A DNA stretch of 32,000 nucleotides from Candidatus Saccharimonadota bacterium (GTDB lineage Bacteria > Patescibacteriota > Saccharimonadia > Saccharimonadales > UBA4665): positions 540,001 to 572,000 of the forward strand of contig OY970350.1 of NCBI GenBank assembly GCA_963718045.1, in the 5' to 3' direction. Shown piece by piece: positions 24,254 to 32,000 of this stretch. The notes beneath the pieces are model-generated. The model was not told the origin of the DNA, did not search any database, and worked only from the letters and a program-made list of their open reading frames with translations. The position numbers and the translations under genes are program-made. Each line of letters begins with the position of its first letter. The first letter of the stretch is position 1.

Positions 24254-25747
24254 ATGACTATGGACACTAAGATAATCCTAATCGCAAGAGTATCAGACGT
24301 TGAGCAACGTAAGGCGTTGCCAGCACAGAGACAAAGACTTGAAAACTATGCCAAACAATTTGACTACCCCGTTGAATACTTTGAGTTTGACGAGAGTGCC
24401 TATAAAGACGCTCGGCAAAAGTTTTCGCAACTTGTAGACAAAATAAAATCATTGGACACTTTTGCCATCATCGCTTTTGACAAAATTGACCGCTTTACCC
24501 GTGATGCGTCGCAAGCCGAAGTACGGACAATGGGTAGTCTTGTTGAAAAAGGCAAAATTGAAATACACTTTCCGTCGGATAATTTAGTCATCACTAAAGA
24601 CTCACCAGCTACCGACCTATTCAGGCTTGGCATTGGTATGCTCTTGGCAAAATACTACTCAGATGCAAGTAGAGACAATGTAAAACGCCGTTTTGAGCAA
24701 ATGCTGAACGATGGAATATGGGTACACCGTGCTCCTATTGGCTATAAGAACATCCGCATCAACGAAAAGACTAAAGATATTATCGTTGATACCGATAAGG
24801 CACACTACGTTGTAAAAGCCTTTGAGCTGCGAGCAAGAGGAATGTCATACGCCGTTATTGCTAAGGAGCTACATAAAATGGGCTTTCGTAGCAACATCGC
24901 TGGCAGTAAAGCACCGAATAAGGCATTTCTAGAGCGAATACTGCAAAATAAGTTTTATTATGGAGTTATGGTTCACTCAGGCAGAGAGTATCCGCACAAA
25001 TATGAACCACTCATCAGCCGTGCCTTGTTCATTCAATGTCAAAATGTACGTGATACTCGCAAACACGAAAAGACCAAGTATGACAGTAAAGACTATACGT
25101 TCAAGAAAATTGTACGCTGCGGCGTGTGCAAACGTGCCGTATCGCCGTTCAAAGCACGTAATAGCGTATATCTACGCTGTGCAAGCGGCGGTAAGTGTGG
25201 CGACCCTAATACGGCTGAGAGCCTCGTCATTGATGGCGTTGCAGCCGACGTAAGCTATACGGGTATGCCTGAGGATTGGTTAGACAAAGTTACTGCCGAA
25301 CTGCGTAAACGATATGACAACCAACAGCTTTACTACACTCAGAACATAGACCAAACTCGTAAAGAGTATGATGGTATGAAAGAAAAAATGCGTAAATTGT
25401 ACTATGACCTGCTTGAGGGTCGTATTACTCAACAGTTCCACGATGAAATTGCAACTGAGCTAGAGAATAGACAGCAAGAATTGAATGATAGGCTAAAGTT
25501 GCTAACAAGTGATAATAAGTCATTCCAAGTAACCGCATCTTATCTGTTAGACTTGGCTCAGCGAGCCGAACAGCTATTCAAAGAGAGCGATGAAGCCTTA
25601 CAAAATAAGCTTTTGGAATACGTACTTTCAAACATTGAGCTAAAGGACAAGAAGTTGTCTTATATGCTCAATCAACCCTTTAGAACGATTGTTGAAGCAA
25701 AGAAAAAAGCCATTTCTGGCTCAAATAAAAACGCTTGGTGCGGGTGA
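24254..25747 (+). CDS. Large serine recombinase (integrase)
   Basis: Catalytic-Ser context ILIARVSDVEQ, a recombinase domain, a Cys cluster (CGVCKR...CASGGKCG) and a C-terminal coiled coil. The second ATG at 24260 has better SD spacing (AAGGAG plus 7 nt). The last 12 nt, including the stop, overlap the tRNA-Gly 3' end on the opposite strand. Confidence 0.9.
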   Translation: MTMDTKIILIARVSDVEQRKALPAQRQRLENYAKQFDYPVEYFEFDESAYKDARQKFSQLVDKIKSLDTFAIIAFDKIDRFTRDASQAEVRTMGSLVEKGKIEIHFPSDNLVITKDSPATDLFRLGIGMLLAKYYSDASRDNVKRRFEQMLNDGIWVHRAPIGYKNIRINEKTKDIIVDTDKAHYVVKAFELRARGMSYAVIAKELHKMGFRSNIAGSKAPNKAFLERILQNKFYYGVMVHSGREYPHKYEPLISRALFIQCQNVRDTRKHEKTKYDSKDYTFKKIVRCGVCKRAVSPFKARNSVYLRCASGGKCGDPNTAESLVIDGVAADVSYTGMPEDWLDKVTAELRKRYDNQQLYYTQNIDQTRKEYDGMKEKMRKLYYDLLEGRITQQFHDEIATELENRQQELNDRLKLLTSDNKSFQVTASYLLDLAQRAEQLFKESDEALQNKLLEYVLSNIELKDKKLSYMLNQPFRTIVEAKKKAISGSNKNAWCG

Positions 25748-25812
25748 CGGGACTCTAACCCGTGGCCTCATCCTTGGCAAGGATGCGCTCTAAACAACTG
25801 AGCTACACCCGC
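25736..25812 (-). tRNA. tRNA-Gly (anticodon GCC), CCA encoded
   Basis: Acceptor GCGGGTG/CACCCGC, D arm GCTC-AGTTGTTTA-GAGC, anticodon stem CATCC/GGATG, loop TTGCCAA, T arm ACGGG-TTAGAGT-CCCGT, then ACCA. Confidence 0.85.
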
Positions 25813-25819
25813 AGATATA

Positions 25820-25895
25820 TGGTGGCGCCTCCCAGACTCGAACTGGGGACACAGGGCTCTTCAGGCCCCTGCTCTACCAACTGAGCTAAAGCGCC
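25820..25895 (-). tRNA. tRNA-Phe (anticodon GAA), CCA encoded
   Basis: Acceptor GGCGCTT/AGGCGCC, D loop AGTTGGTA, anticodon loop CTGAAGA, T arm CCCAG-TTCGAGT-CTGGG. Confidence 0.9.
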
Positions 25896-25954
25896 AATAT
25901 GCTTGTCAACAGAGGTAATTTTACGATATTAAACTATATATCGCAAGGTTATTG

Positions 25955-26719
25955 TTACTTGATAGATTCCTTGGACATAAATTCTCTTACGCTTTTCACG
26001 GTGTCCATAAATTGAGCTGGGAAAATTATGGTACTGTTTTTGTCACTAGATATTTCAGTTAACACCTGCAGATTACGTAACTGTAGGGCTATTGGATGCT
26101 TAGAGATAATATCGGCAGCTTGACCTAATTTAGCGGCACTGAGCTGTTCACCTTCGGCAGCAATTATCTTGGCACTCTTTTCTCGTTCAGCTTGAGCTGC
26201 GGCAGCCATAGCATTTTGCATGCTTTCCGGCAGTTTAATGTCTTTAAGTTCAACTGTATTGACGTAAATGCCCCAGGCTTTAGTAGACTTGTCTAAGATA
26301 GCCTTGATAGATTCGTTGATTTTAGACGTTTCACTTAAGACTTTGTTTAGTTCGCTTTGGCCTATAATATTCCGGACTGTAGTCTGGGCAATCTGGTAGG
26401 TTGCTGAAGCTACGTTTTCAATAGCTACGACTGCTTTAACTGGGTCATTAACGTTATAGTAGGCTACAGCTGCGACATCAATTGAGACATTGTCTTTGGT
26501 TATTACTTTTTGTGAGTCTACCGGCAAGGTTATTATGCGCATATTAACTTTACGCATTTGGTCAACTATGGGAATGATTAATCTAAGGCCTGGCTCTTTA
26601 ATAGGCAGACGGATCTTGCCTAATCTGAATACTACCCCTCGCTCATACTGGTTAACTATTCTGATGCCACGAAGAACTATTAGAAAAACTATTATTAATA
26701 CGATAATTAAAAATGCCAT
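25955..26719 (-). CDS. SPFH/band-7 (stomatin/prohibitin-like) membrane protein
   Basis: N-terminal TM helix, then [14 protein letters not shown]...ITKDNV.ID..AVAYY.V.DP and an Ala/Glu-rich coiled coil ([20 protein letters not shown]), typical of the SPFH domain. Confidence 0.85.
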   Translation of the reverse strand: MAFLIIVLIIVFLIVLRGIRIVNQYERGVVFRLGKIRLPIKEPGLRLIIPIVDQMRKVNMRIITLPVDSQKVITKDNVSIDVAAVAYYNVNDPVKAVVAIENVASATYQIAQTTVRNIIGQSELNKVLSETSKINESIKAILDKSTKAWGIYVNTVELKDIKLPESMQNAMAAAAQAEREKSAKIIAAEGEQLSAAKLGQAADIISKHPIALQLRNLQVLTEISSDKNSTIIFPAQFMDTVKSVREFMSKESIK

Positions 26720-26789
26720 TATAACTCCTTATCTAAGTTCAACTGTATACTAAAGGGTCATAAAAGACAAAAAGACACTGAGCCTAGTC

Positions 26790-27059
26790 CTATCTATAGA
26801 CTTGATTGTGGCTTCCTATGTCAAGGAAGATGATTGAATCCTCGAATTCCACATAAATGACACGGACATCGCTGGCTACAGAAAAGGCTCGTTTGCCGTT
26901 TAATTTCCCAGTTAATGCATGATCGTAAAGCGGATAGCCAAGTTCACCCTCTATAAATAACTCGAGTCTTTGCTTAAACAACCCTACCAACTTCTCATTT
27001 GGAGTAATTCGTTGCTTAAAATGTTTTTCAAACGTTTTATCACGCTTGATCTGTTTCAT
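26790..27059 (-). CDS. Type II toxin, RelE/YafQ family
   Basis: 89 aa. YDHALTGKLNGKRAFSV..DVRVIY......I.FLDIGSHNQVY is the RelE/YafQ C-terminal pattern. It starts 3 nt downstream of the antitoxin gene. Confidence 0.8.
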   Translation of the reverse strand: MKQIKRDKTFEKHFKQRITPNEKLVGLFKQRLELFIEGELGYPLYDHALTGKLNGKRAFSVASDVRVIYVEFEDSIIFLDIGSHNQVYR

Positions 27060-27061
27060 TT

Positions 27062-27343
27062 CTACAGATCTTTCATGAATTCGTCGACGGTCTTGAATGG
27101 CCCGGATAGGTCATGGCCTCTTTTGGCATCTTTAGCTGCTTTGTTTAGGCGTTCTGCCGCCTCATCACTGGGCTCACCCCAATCATCCAGGTTAAAATCT
27201 ATTCGACGACCATCAACTGAAGCCTTAATCATAACCCTAAGGTATGCCTGCGCTGAATCAAACCCTAGCTGCTTAGCTTTAACTGTAAATCGTTTTCTAA
27301 TAGCCGGTTCAAGTGGAACGTGGATTGTAGATGTATCACTCAT
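27062..27343 (-). CDS. Type II antitoxin, DinJ/RelB-like ribbon-helix-helix
   Basis: The N-terminus IHVPLEPAIRKRFTVKAKQLGFDSAQAYLRVMI fits an RHH fold. Its position immediately upstream of the toxin supports the call. Confidence 0.7.
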   Translation of the reverse strand: MSDTSTIHVPLEPAIRKRFTVKAKQLGFDSAQAYLRVMIKASVDGRRIDFNLDDWGEPSDEAAERLNKAAKDAKRGHDLSGPFKTVDEFMKDL

Positions 27344-27405
27344 ACCTAAAGGATATCAAATAGATATAATTATGTCAAACTAAATAATCTATCGTACTGC
27401 AAAAC

Positions 27406-27482
27406 TGGTAGGTGATGAGGGACTCGAACCCCCGACCCTCGCAGTGTAGATGCGACGCTCTAGCCAACTGAGCTAATCACCC
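27406..27482 (-). tRNA. tRNA-Val (anticodon UAC), CCA encoded
   Basis: Acceptor GGGTGAT/ATCACCT (G1:U72), D arm GCTC-AGTTGGCTA-GAGC, anticodon stem TCGCA/TGCGA, loop TCTACAC, T arm GGGGG-TTCGAGT-CCCTC. Confidence 0.8.
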
Positions 27483-27576
27483 ACGTTATGGTCAATACTT
27501 CCCGAGATAATAGCATAACATAAGAGTGTTTGCATTATTTTAGGTTTCTAAAGTAACATTATTAGACGTTAACTAT

Positions 27577-27664
27577 GCGCGAGTGGCGTAATCCGGTAGC
27601 CGCGCAGCCTTGAGGTGGCTGTGTCCGCAAGGACGTGGAGGTTCAAATCCTCTCTCGCGCACCA
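27577..27664 (+). tRNA. tRNA-Leu (anticodon GAG), type II, CCA encoded
   Basis: Acceptor GCGCGAG/CTCGCGC, anticodon stem CAGCC/GGCTG, loop TTGAGGT, variable arm TGTCCGCAAGGACGT, T arm GGAGG-TTCAAAT-CCTCT. Confidence 0.9.
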
Positions 27665-27735
27665 GTACTGTTCAGATACTCCTAATTAACTAAAATGTAT
27701 TTGCAAGCCATACGATAGTATGTATAATTATATGT

Positions 27736-28008
27736 ATGGACTTTGAATGGAATGATAGCAAAAATGCAGAAAATACCAGAAAGCATGGATTGCCTTTTCA
27801 AGAAGCCCAAAAAGTATTTTTTGATAAAGATAGGGTGATTCTACTAGACATACTTCACTCATCAAAAGAAAAGAGATACTTTTGTATCGGCAAAACTGTT
27901 GGCGGTGGGATTGCCACTGTAAGGTTCACAATAAGGAGTGGCCATATTCGCATCATAGGTGCAGGATATTGGCGGAAAGGAAAGAAGATATATGAACAAC
28001 GTAGTTAA
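27736..28008 (+). CDS. brnT: BrnT-family (DUF497) type II toxin
   Basis: FEWNDSKNAENTRKHGLPFQEAQKVFFD...RIIGAGYW matches the BrnT signature F.WD..K...N..KHG..F.EA..VF. Confidence 0.8.
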   Translation: MDFEWNDSKNAENTRKHGLPFQEAQKVFFDKDRVILLDILHSSKEKRYFCIGKTVGGGIATVRFTIRSGHIRIIGAGYWRKGKKIYEQRS

Positions 28009-28246
28009 CTACACTGATGCACCAGCGGACATTGAACGCGCTCTAGAAAGTGCGACTGTCATTGATGATTTTTTGCCCTCCCCCGAACAACTTGCTAGTA
28101 GGGTCGGGAAGGAAAAGATTACTATTGCTGTAGATAGGCGCAGCCTAGATCTTTTCAAGAAATACGCCAAAAAACACAATACCAAGTACCAGCCTATGAT
28201 CAACGGCGTGCTTAGTTCTTACGCAGATAAGTTCTTAGATAGTTAG
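27992..28246 (+). CDS. brnA: BrnA-family antitoxin
   Basis: The C-terminus ITIAVDRRSLDLFKKYAKKHNTKYQPMINGVLSSYA matches the BrnA/CopG-like pattern. The ATG at 27992 (MNNVVNY), preceded by a GGAAAGGAAAG purine tract, overlaps the brnT stop. The track start at 27959 is probably too far upstream. Confidence 0.75.
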   Translation: MNNVVNYTDAPADIERALESATVIDDFLPSPEQLASRVGKEKITIAVDRRSLDLFKKYAKKHNTKYQPMINGVLSSYADKFLDS

Positions 28247-28277
28247 AAGCCTCAATTTACTAAACCCCGTATAAACA

Positions 28278-29915
28278 TTAGCTTCTTGGCAGATGCTCGT
28301 ATTGATGTCCAAAGGTATAGTCTGGGCGCAGTTGGCGTTTAATATCTTCGGTGGTTGTTCCAAACTTAACACCAGGATTTAAGGTTGAATAAGGGTCAAA
28401 TATTTGTTTGACTTTACCTAGAAGAGCATAGACTTCTAATCCGTAGAGATATTCAAGATAGGGTGCTTTAAGACGGCCATCACCGCTGGCAGCAGATATT
28501 GTGCCGCCTAGGCTAATAACTAATTTATTGTATTCATCGAGTAGTTTGAAGGCTTTCTGGCGGTCACCTACTTGAGTGAGATTAAGATGAGGCTGCATTT
28601 TAAGGATGCCGTCACCGGCATGGCCCCAGAAGGCCACCGGTTTAATATCTACTTGTCTAAATAGGTCGTAAATACCTTTTATTAGATCGGCTAGTCTTTC
28701 AGGCGGGACAGCTGAGTCATCAATAAGCGGGACAGCCTTTTTTAGTCCGTCGTTATGGGCAATATACGCCCATGAGGATTCTCTGACCTTGAGCATTTTT
28801 TGCTGGCTTTCGGGTTTTGTTTCTACTTTAATAACCGTAGCTAGTTTTTCTAATACCTTACCCGCATGATGAGCGGCCTTTTTTTGGTTTCGTTCAGGGT
28901 CATCATATTCTATAAGCAGCACAAAGGCCGGTGTCGGCGTAGGCAAAAGGTCCTTAAGCTGGTTTGGGTTAACGGCGTTGACTGCTTCAATTAATCCCTG
29001 GTTAACAATTTCCATCATGCTAGGACGGATTTTAGCGGTCAAAAGCTCGTTAATTGCTATTTGAAGGTTTTCCAGCTCATCGAAACAAGCCATTATTAGG
29101 GTGGTATCTGGCATATAGTTATCTGAACTTAAGGCTATTTCAGTAATTATGCCTAATGTTCCCTGGCTGCCAATAAAGAGCGGTGAAAGATCAAAAAAGC
29201 CGTTATCTTCTTTAATGCCAGTCAGCATATATCCAGCGTTATTCTTAGTAGTCGGCTTTACCATTGAATTTACTAGTTCATGGTTTTCTTCAAGTAAAGT
29301 ATCGATTGCCCTATATACCTCGCCTTCAAATGTAGCCAGGCCTAGTTTCTTGCTTAGGTCCCTTTTAGAAAGACGTTCTGTTTCAATAACCTCACCATTA
29401 GCCAGGACTACCCGCATTCTTTTAACGTGTGAGCCAATACTGCCGTATTTAAGGGACTTTTCGCCGGCTATGTTGTTACTGACAGCACCGCCAACGGTTG
29501 AGGACTCAGTATTGGCTGGATAAGCCTCTATAAAGCGGCCGTGTGTTTGCAGTGTTTGCTCAAGTTTAGCAAAGTTAATGCCTGGTTCAACGGTTACATC
29601 GCCGGATTTTGTATCTAGCTCTAATATCCTATTCATATGGGCTGGGAATACAAGCATTAAGCCTGTGCCTATAGCGGCGCCTGTTGCATCTGTGCCCGAG
29701 CCACGGGGTGTTAGGGGTATTACCCGGCCTCTTTCAGCTAACTGCCAAGTGAATCTGGCAGCCTTTCTGACGTCGCTTTCATTTCTAGGATAAGTAACTA
29801 AAGCTGGTGGAGTGGCAATAATACTATTGTCAGTGGCAAAGTATTTTCTAGCGTCGATTGAAGTCATTACTTCACCGACAAGATGTTCTTGAAGATAATG
29901 GGCAATTTTGCTCAT
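28278..29915 (-). CDS. FAD-binding oxidoreductase (GlcD / D-lactate dehydrogenase family)
   Basis: The N-terminal FAD_binding_4 pattern (VTYPRNESDV...PRGSGTDATGAAIG) and the 545-aa size, with a C-terminal FAD-linked oxidase domain, fit the family. Confidence 0.75.
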   Translation of the reverse strand: MSKIAHYLQEHLVGEVMTSIDARKYFATDNSIIATPPALVTYPRNESDVRKAARFTWQLAERGRVIPLTPRGSGTDATGAAIGTGLMLVFPAHMNRILELDTKSGDVTVEPGINFAKLEQTLQTHGRFIEAYPANTESSTVGGAVSNNIAGEKSLKYGSIGSHVKRMRVVLANGEVIETERLSKRDLSKKLGLATFEGEVYRAIDTLLEENHELVNSMVKPTTKNNAGYMLTGIKEDNGFFDLSPLFIGSQGTLGIITEIALSSDNYMPDTTLIMACFDELENLQIAINELLTAKIRPSMMEIVNQGLIEAVNAVNPNQLKDLLPTPTPAFVLLIEYDDPERNQKKAAHHAGKVLEKLATVIKVETKPESQQKMLKVRESSWAYIAHNDGLKKAVPLIDDSAVPPERLADLIKGIYDLFRQVDIKPVAFWGHAGDGILKMQPHLNLTQVGDRQKAFKLLDEYNKLVISLGGTISAASGDGRLKAPYLEYLYGLEVYALLGKVKQIFDPYSTLNPGVKFGTTTEDIKRQLRPDYTFGHQYEHLPRS

Positions 29916-29987
29916 TGAATAACATACCTCTTACTACATTTAAAATAATACCATAATGAAATAACTTAAGGTTTTATGGCTTTAGTG

Positions 29988-30518
29988 CTAAGGAGTCTGG
30001 GTTGGGTTTTCGTTATTGGTGTCTTCGCTAGAAGAAGGTTTATCGTTATCTGTTGAGGGTGTACTTACTGGCACAGACGTCTTTGCTGGTTCTTCGCTAG
30101 GCGGAGAAACATTAAATGAGCTGTCTGGCGGTGATGTCTCCTTTAAAGAATCTGAACTGTCTTCCAGATGACTAGGCAAAGGAGAAGACAGCAATTCACT
30201 GCTAGATGGTGTGCTAGTCGGCTCACTGGGCGTAGACGCAGTTGTTGGTTCGGTTGTAAATGAGTCAGTTTTGGTGCTTGGGCTGTCAGACAAAGAGCTT
30301 GAAGAAGTATCACTATTCATCGAGGTCGGCTCAGTAGAATCTGTCATTGGCTGAGAGCTTGATGACATTCCCTGGTCAGTTGGGGGTGCAGCAGTTGTCA
30401 TGGGAGGTGTTTGAACCGCACCACCTGCTTTAGCCTTTTTGTCTTTTGTCATTTTTGCCACTACAAACACGATAGCCACCAGTATCAATATTACTAACAG
30501 TACTACTATATATTTCAT
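29988..30518 (-). CDS. Membrane-anchored Ser/Thr/Pro-rich low-complexity protein
   Basis: One N-terminal TM helix (IVVLLVILILVAIVFVV) followed by about 140 aa dominated by S, T, P and D. Confidence 0.6.
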   Translation of the reverse strand: MKYIVVLLVILILVAIVFVVAKMTKDKKAKAGGAVQTPPMTTAAPPTDQGMSSSSQPMTDSTEPTSMNSDTSSSSLSDSPSTKTDSFTTEPTTASTPSEPTSTPSSSELLSSPLPSHLEDSSDSLKETSPPDSSFNVSPPSEEPAKTSVPVSTPSTDNDKPSSSEDTNNENPTQTP

Positions 30519-30597
30519 GATAACCTTCTAATTATATTTAACCTAAGAATAACTCTAGCGTTTTTATCTACAATATGCAATATAGCTTATGCTTGGC

Positions 30598-31473
30598 TTA
30601 TACAAGAAGGTCGTACTCTTTTGGTAATTTATCTAGACTGCCATGAAGAACTATGGGGTTTAAACCAATGATTTCCTCTAGGAAAGCAGACTTTTCTGGT
30701 ATTTCGTTGAGGATAAATATTGGCTTGTCTAAATAAAAGGCTAAGGCCATTTCCATCAATACATTTCCCCCTATGTAGTTATGAGCACCATGTTTTTCAT
30801 AATTCAGCACTAGTATTGCGTCACTCCTGCTTACTTCATCAAAATGGCCTTTCATTAGGGCAGTTTTCTTATGATAGTCGTCACTATTACTAAACCATGT
30901 TTTATAATGGGTAACATCATAATCTCCTGAGAGTTTCATTCGCTCAGCGGTGGCTGGGATAATTACTTTATAGCCAAACTTCTCTAAAATTGGCTGGCAT
31001 TCTACTGCTTGCTTATAGAAGTTAACACTGGAACATATTGTTATCGTTCCCTTTACTATATTCTTTGATCCATCGGCTAAGTAAGCGTTTATAAGTTTTA
31101 TGTCTACTAAATCTTTAGGGCGGCCCATAGATTTTTTCCATCTTCTAACCTCTTTGAGCGAGGCAAAGGGTATGCCGTCTATAACTGTAGCAGTACTTAG
31201 CAGGTGCTTTAGGGTCGGTATATATGCACTGAAATCCCAACTAGTGTGGGCTTCGTAGATATCTTTTACATAAGGCTTATCATTTTTACTTTTGGTTATT
31301 TGCTTCCAACCGTCTTTTTTGATTATTTCTAGGGCTTCTTTTGATACAAGCAGGTCTATATCATTCGATTCACGTATGTTTGCGGCAGCCATAGGGCAGC
31401 TGCCAAAGACAATATAGCTACCCTTTGGAAAATTTAGTGCCTTAACCTTTTCAATAATTTCACTACCAGTCAT
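30598..31473 (-). CDS. Fusion protein: minimal nucleotidyltransferase-fold domain plus nucleoside 2-deoxyribosyltransferase-like domain
   Basis: The N-terminal half has FGSCPMAAANIRESNDIDLLV (the pol-beta NTase G-S...D-x-D) and RPKDLVDIKLI. The C-terminal half has ICSSVNFY...SDAILVLNYEKHGAHNYIGGNVLMEMALAFYLDKPIFILN, resembling Nuc_deoxyri_tr2-type domains. Confidence 0.55.
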   Translation of the reverse strand: MTGSEIIEKVKALNFPKGSYIVFGSCPMAAANIRESNDIDLLVSKEALEIIKKDGWKQITKSKNDKPYVKDIYEAHTSWDFSAYIPTLKHLLSTATVIDGIPFASLKEVRRWKKSMGRPKDLVDIKLINAYLADGSKNIVKGTITICSSVNFYKQAVECQPILEKFGYKVIIPATAERMKLSGDYDVTHYKTWFSNSDDYHKKTALMKGHFDEVSRSDAILVLNYEKHGAHNYIGGNVLMEMALAFYLDKPIFILNEIPEKSAFLEEIIGLNPIVLHGSLDKLPKEYDLLV

Positions 31474-31559
31474 GTGGAAGTTATAATAACAAATTCTTAA
31501 AGATGACGCCTCATACCAGAGAGGTCAAAATACCCGGTACGATAGAAAGTCTAAAAAAC

Positions 31560-32000
31560 TTAAGCAACGTGAGTTGGATCCCAGCAAGTCCGCATGCCTT
31601 TATCTAATCCTTTTAGCTGGTCTAGATCATTAGAGTCAAGTGAGAAATCAAAGACTTCAAAGTTTTCTTTGATCCGCTTTAGGTGAGCCGACTTAGGTAG
31701 AGGAACAAGCTCTTTTTCTATACACCACCGTATCATTATCTGGGCATAAGATTTGCCATGCTTTTCAGCAATAGCTTCGATGACCTTATTATCCATTTTG
31801 TAGTTATGAGCCAGGGGTGAATAAGCTTCAACTACTATGCCGTTATCCTTGCAGTATTTAATAAGAACTGGCTGCTGTAGAAAGACATGGAGCTCAACCT
31901 GGTTAACTGCCGGTTTTACCGAGCATTCATTCAGTAGTTCTTCTAAGTGGTTAATGGTGTAGTTGCTCACTCCTATTGCTTTAGCTCTGCCAGATTTATA
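31560..32000 (-). CDS. Aldo/keto reductase, C-terminal part (runs off the window end)
   Basis: The reading frame stays open upstream of the track start (a GTG, which is Val in the context YKSGRAKAIGVSNY). AIGVSN, NQVELH and LPKS are AKR family signatures. Confidence 0.85.
   Translation of the reverse strand, partial: YKSGRAKAIGVSNYTINHLEELLNECSVKPAVNQVELHVFLQQPVLIKYCKDNGIVVEAYSPLAHNYKMDNKVIEAIAEKHGKSYAQIMIRWCIEKELVPLPKSAHLKRIKENFEVFDFSLDSNDLDQLKGLDKGMRTCWDPTHVA

Larger units (their letters stand above)
7900..25747. mobile_element. Composite tRNA-Gly-associated genomic island (defence and integrative modules with two large serine recombinases)
   Basis: Bounded by host pilin genes on the left and tRNA-Gly on the right. 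The recombinase stop codon lies within the tRNA 3' end. The content is defence, recombination and replication genes. tRNA-3'-end-like remnants occur at internal junctions. The left boundary is uncertain. Confidence 0.6.

Noticed and set aside
26970-27383. 137-aa plus-strand ORF across the RelE/DinJ-like locus
   Set aside because: It is antisense to two small genes with clear toxin and antitoxin signatures, so it is a shadow ORF.
29149-29793. Plus-strand ORFs inside the FAD oxidoreductase gene
   Set aside because: They are antisense to a 545-aa ORF with FAD-binding motifs, and nothing supports them.
1-32000. CRISPR arrays, rRNA genes, IS elements/transposases, and tyrosine integrases
   Set aside because: I looked for regularly spaced direct repeats, rRNA-like conserved blocks, DDE transposase ORFs with terminal inverted repeats, and R..H..R..Y integrases. 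None was found.

Overview
The window looks like a small, moderately AT-rich bacterial genome. Its hallmarks suggest Patescibacteria/CPR, possibly Saccharibacteria-like, but this is a low-confidence inference. They are three type IV pilin-like genes, many tRNAs with encoded CCA, S/T/P-rich surface proteins and short operons. Layout: (i) 1-7800 is host backbone. It holds an htpX-like fragment, lemA, a D-Ala-D-Ala carboxypeptidase, tRNA-Leu/HNH endonuclease/tRNA-Cys, a pilin, an ABC-2 exporter pair, an orphan receiver domain, a YciI-like gene and two paralogous pilins. (ii) About 7900-25747 is a composite accessory island abutting tRNA-Gly(GCC). It carries a complete QatABCD anti-phage operon (a known system), two large serine recombinases and several uncharacterised genes. 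Among these are a translationally coupled 338-aa/212-aa pair divergent from a DUF3800 gene, an FkbM-type methyltransferase, and an XRE/excisionase-like/SpoVG/replication-initiator-like module. The stop codon of the second recombinase lies inside the tRNA-Gly acceptor stem. By eye, tRNA-Gly 3'-end-like remnants sit at the internal module junctions, which suggests stacked integrations. (iii) 25736-32000 is host backbone again. It holds tRNA-Gly, tRNA-Phe, an SPFH protein, a RelE/YafQ-DinJ-like TA pair, tRNA-Val, tRNA-Leu, a BrnT/BrnA TA pair, an FAD oxidoreductase, an S/T/P-rich membrane protein, a nucleotidyltransferase/deoxyribosyltransferase-like fusion and a partial aldo-keto reductase. No CRISPR array, rRNA or transposase was seen. 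The best candidates for something undescribed are the 16700-19158 three-gene cluster, the structured RNA leader at about 13590-13720, and the stacked serine-recombinase island architecture. All homology calls come from motif recognition by eye, not from database searches.
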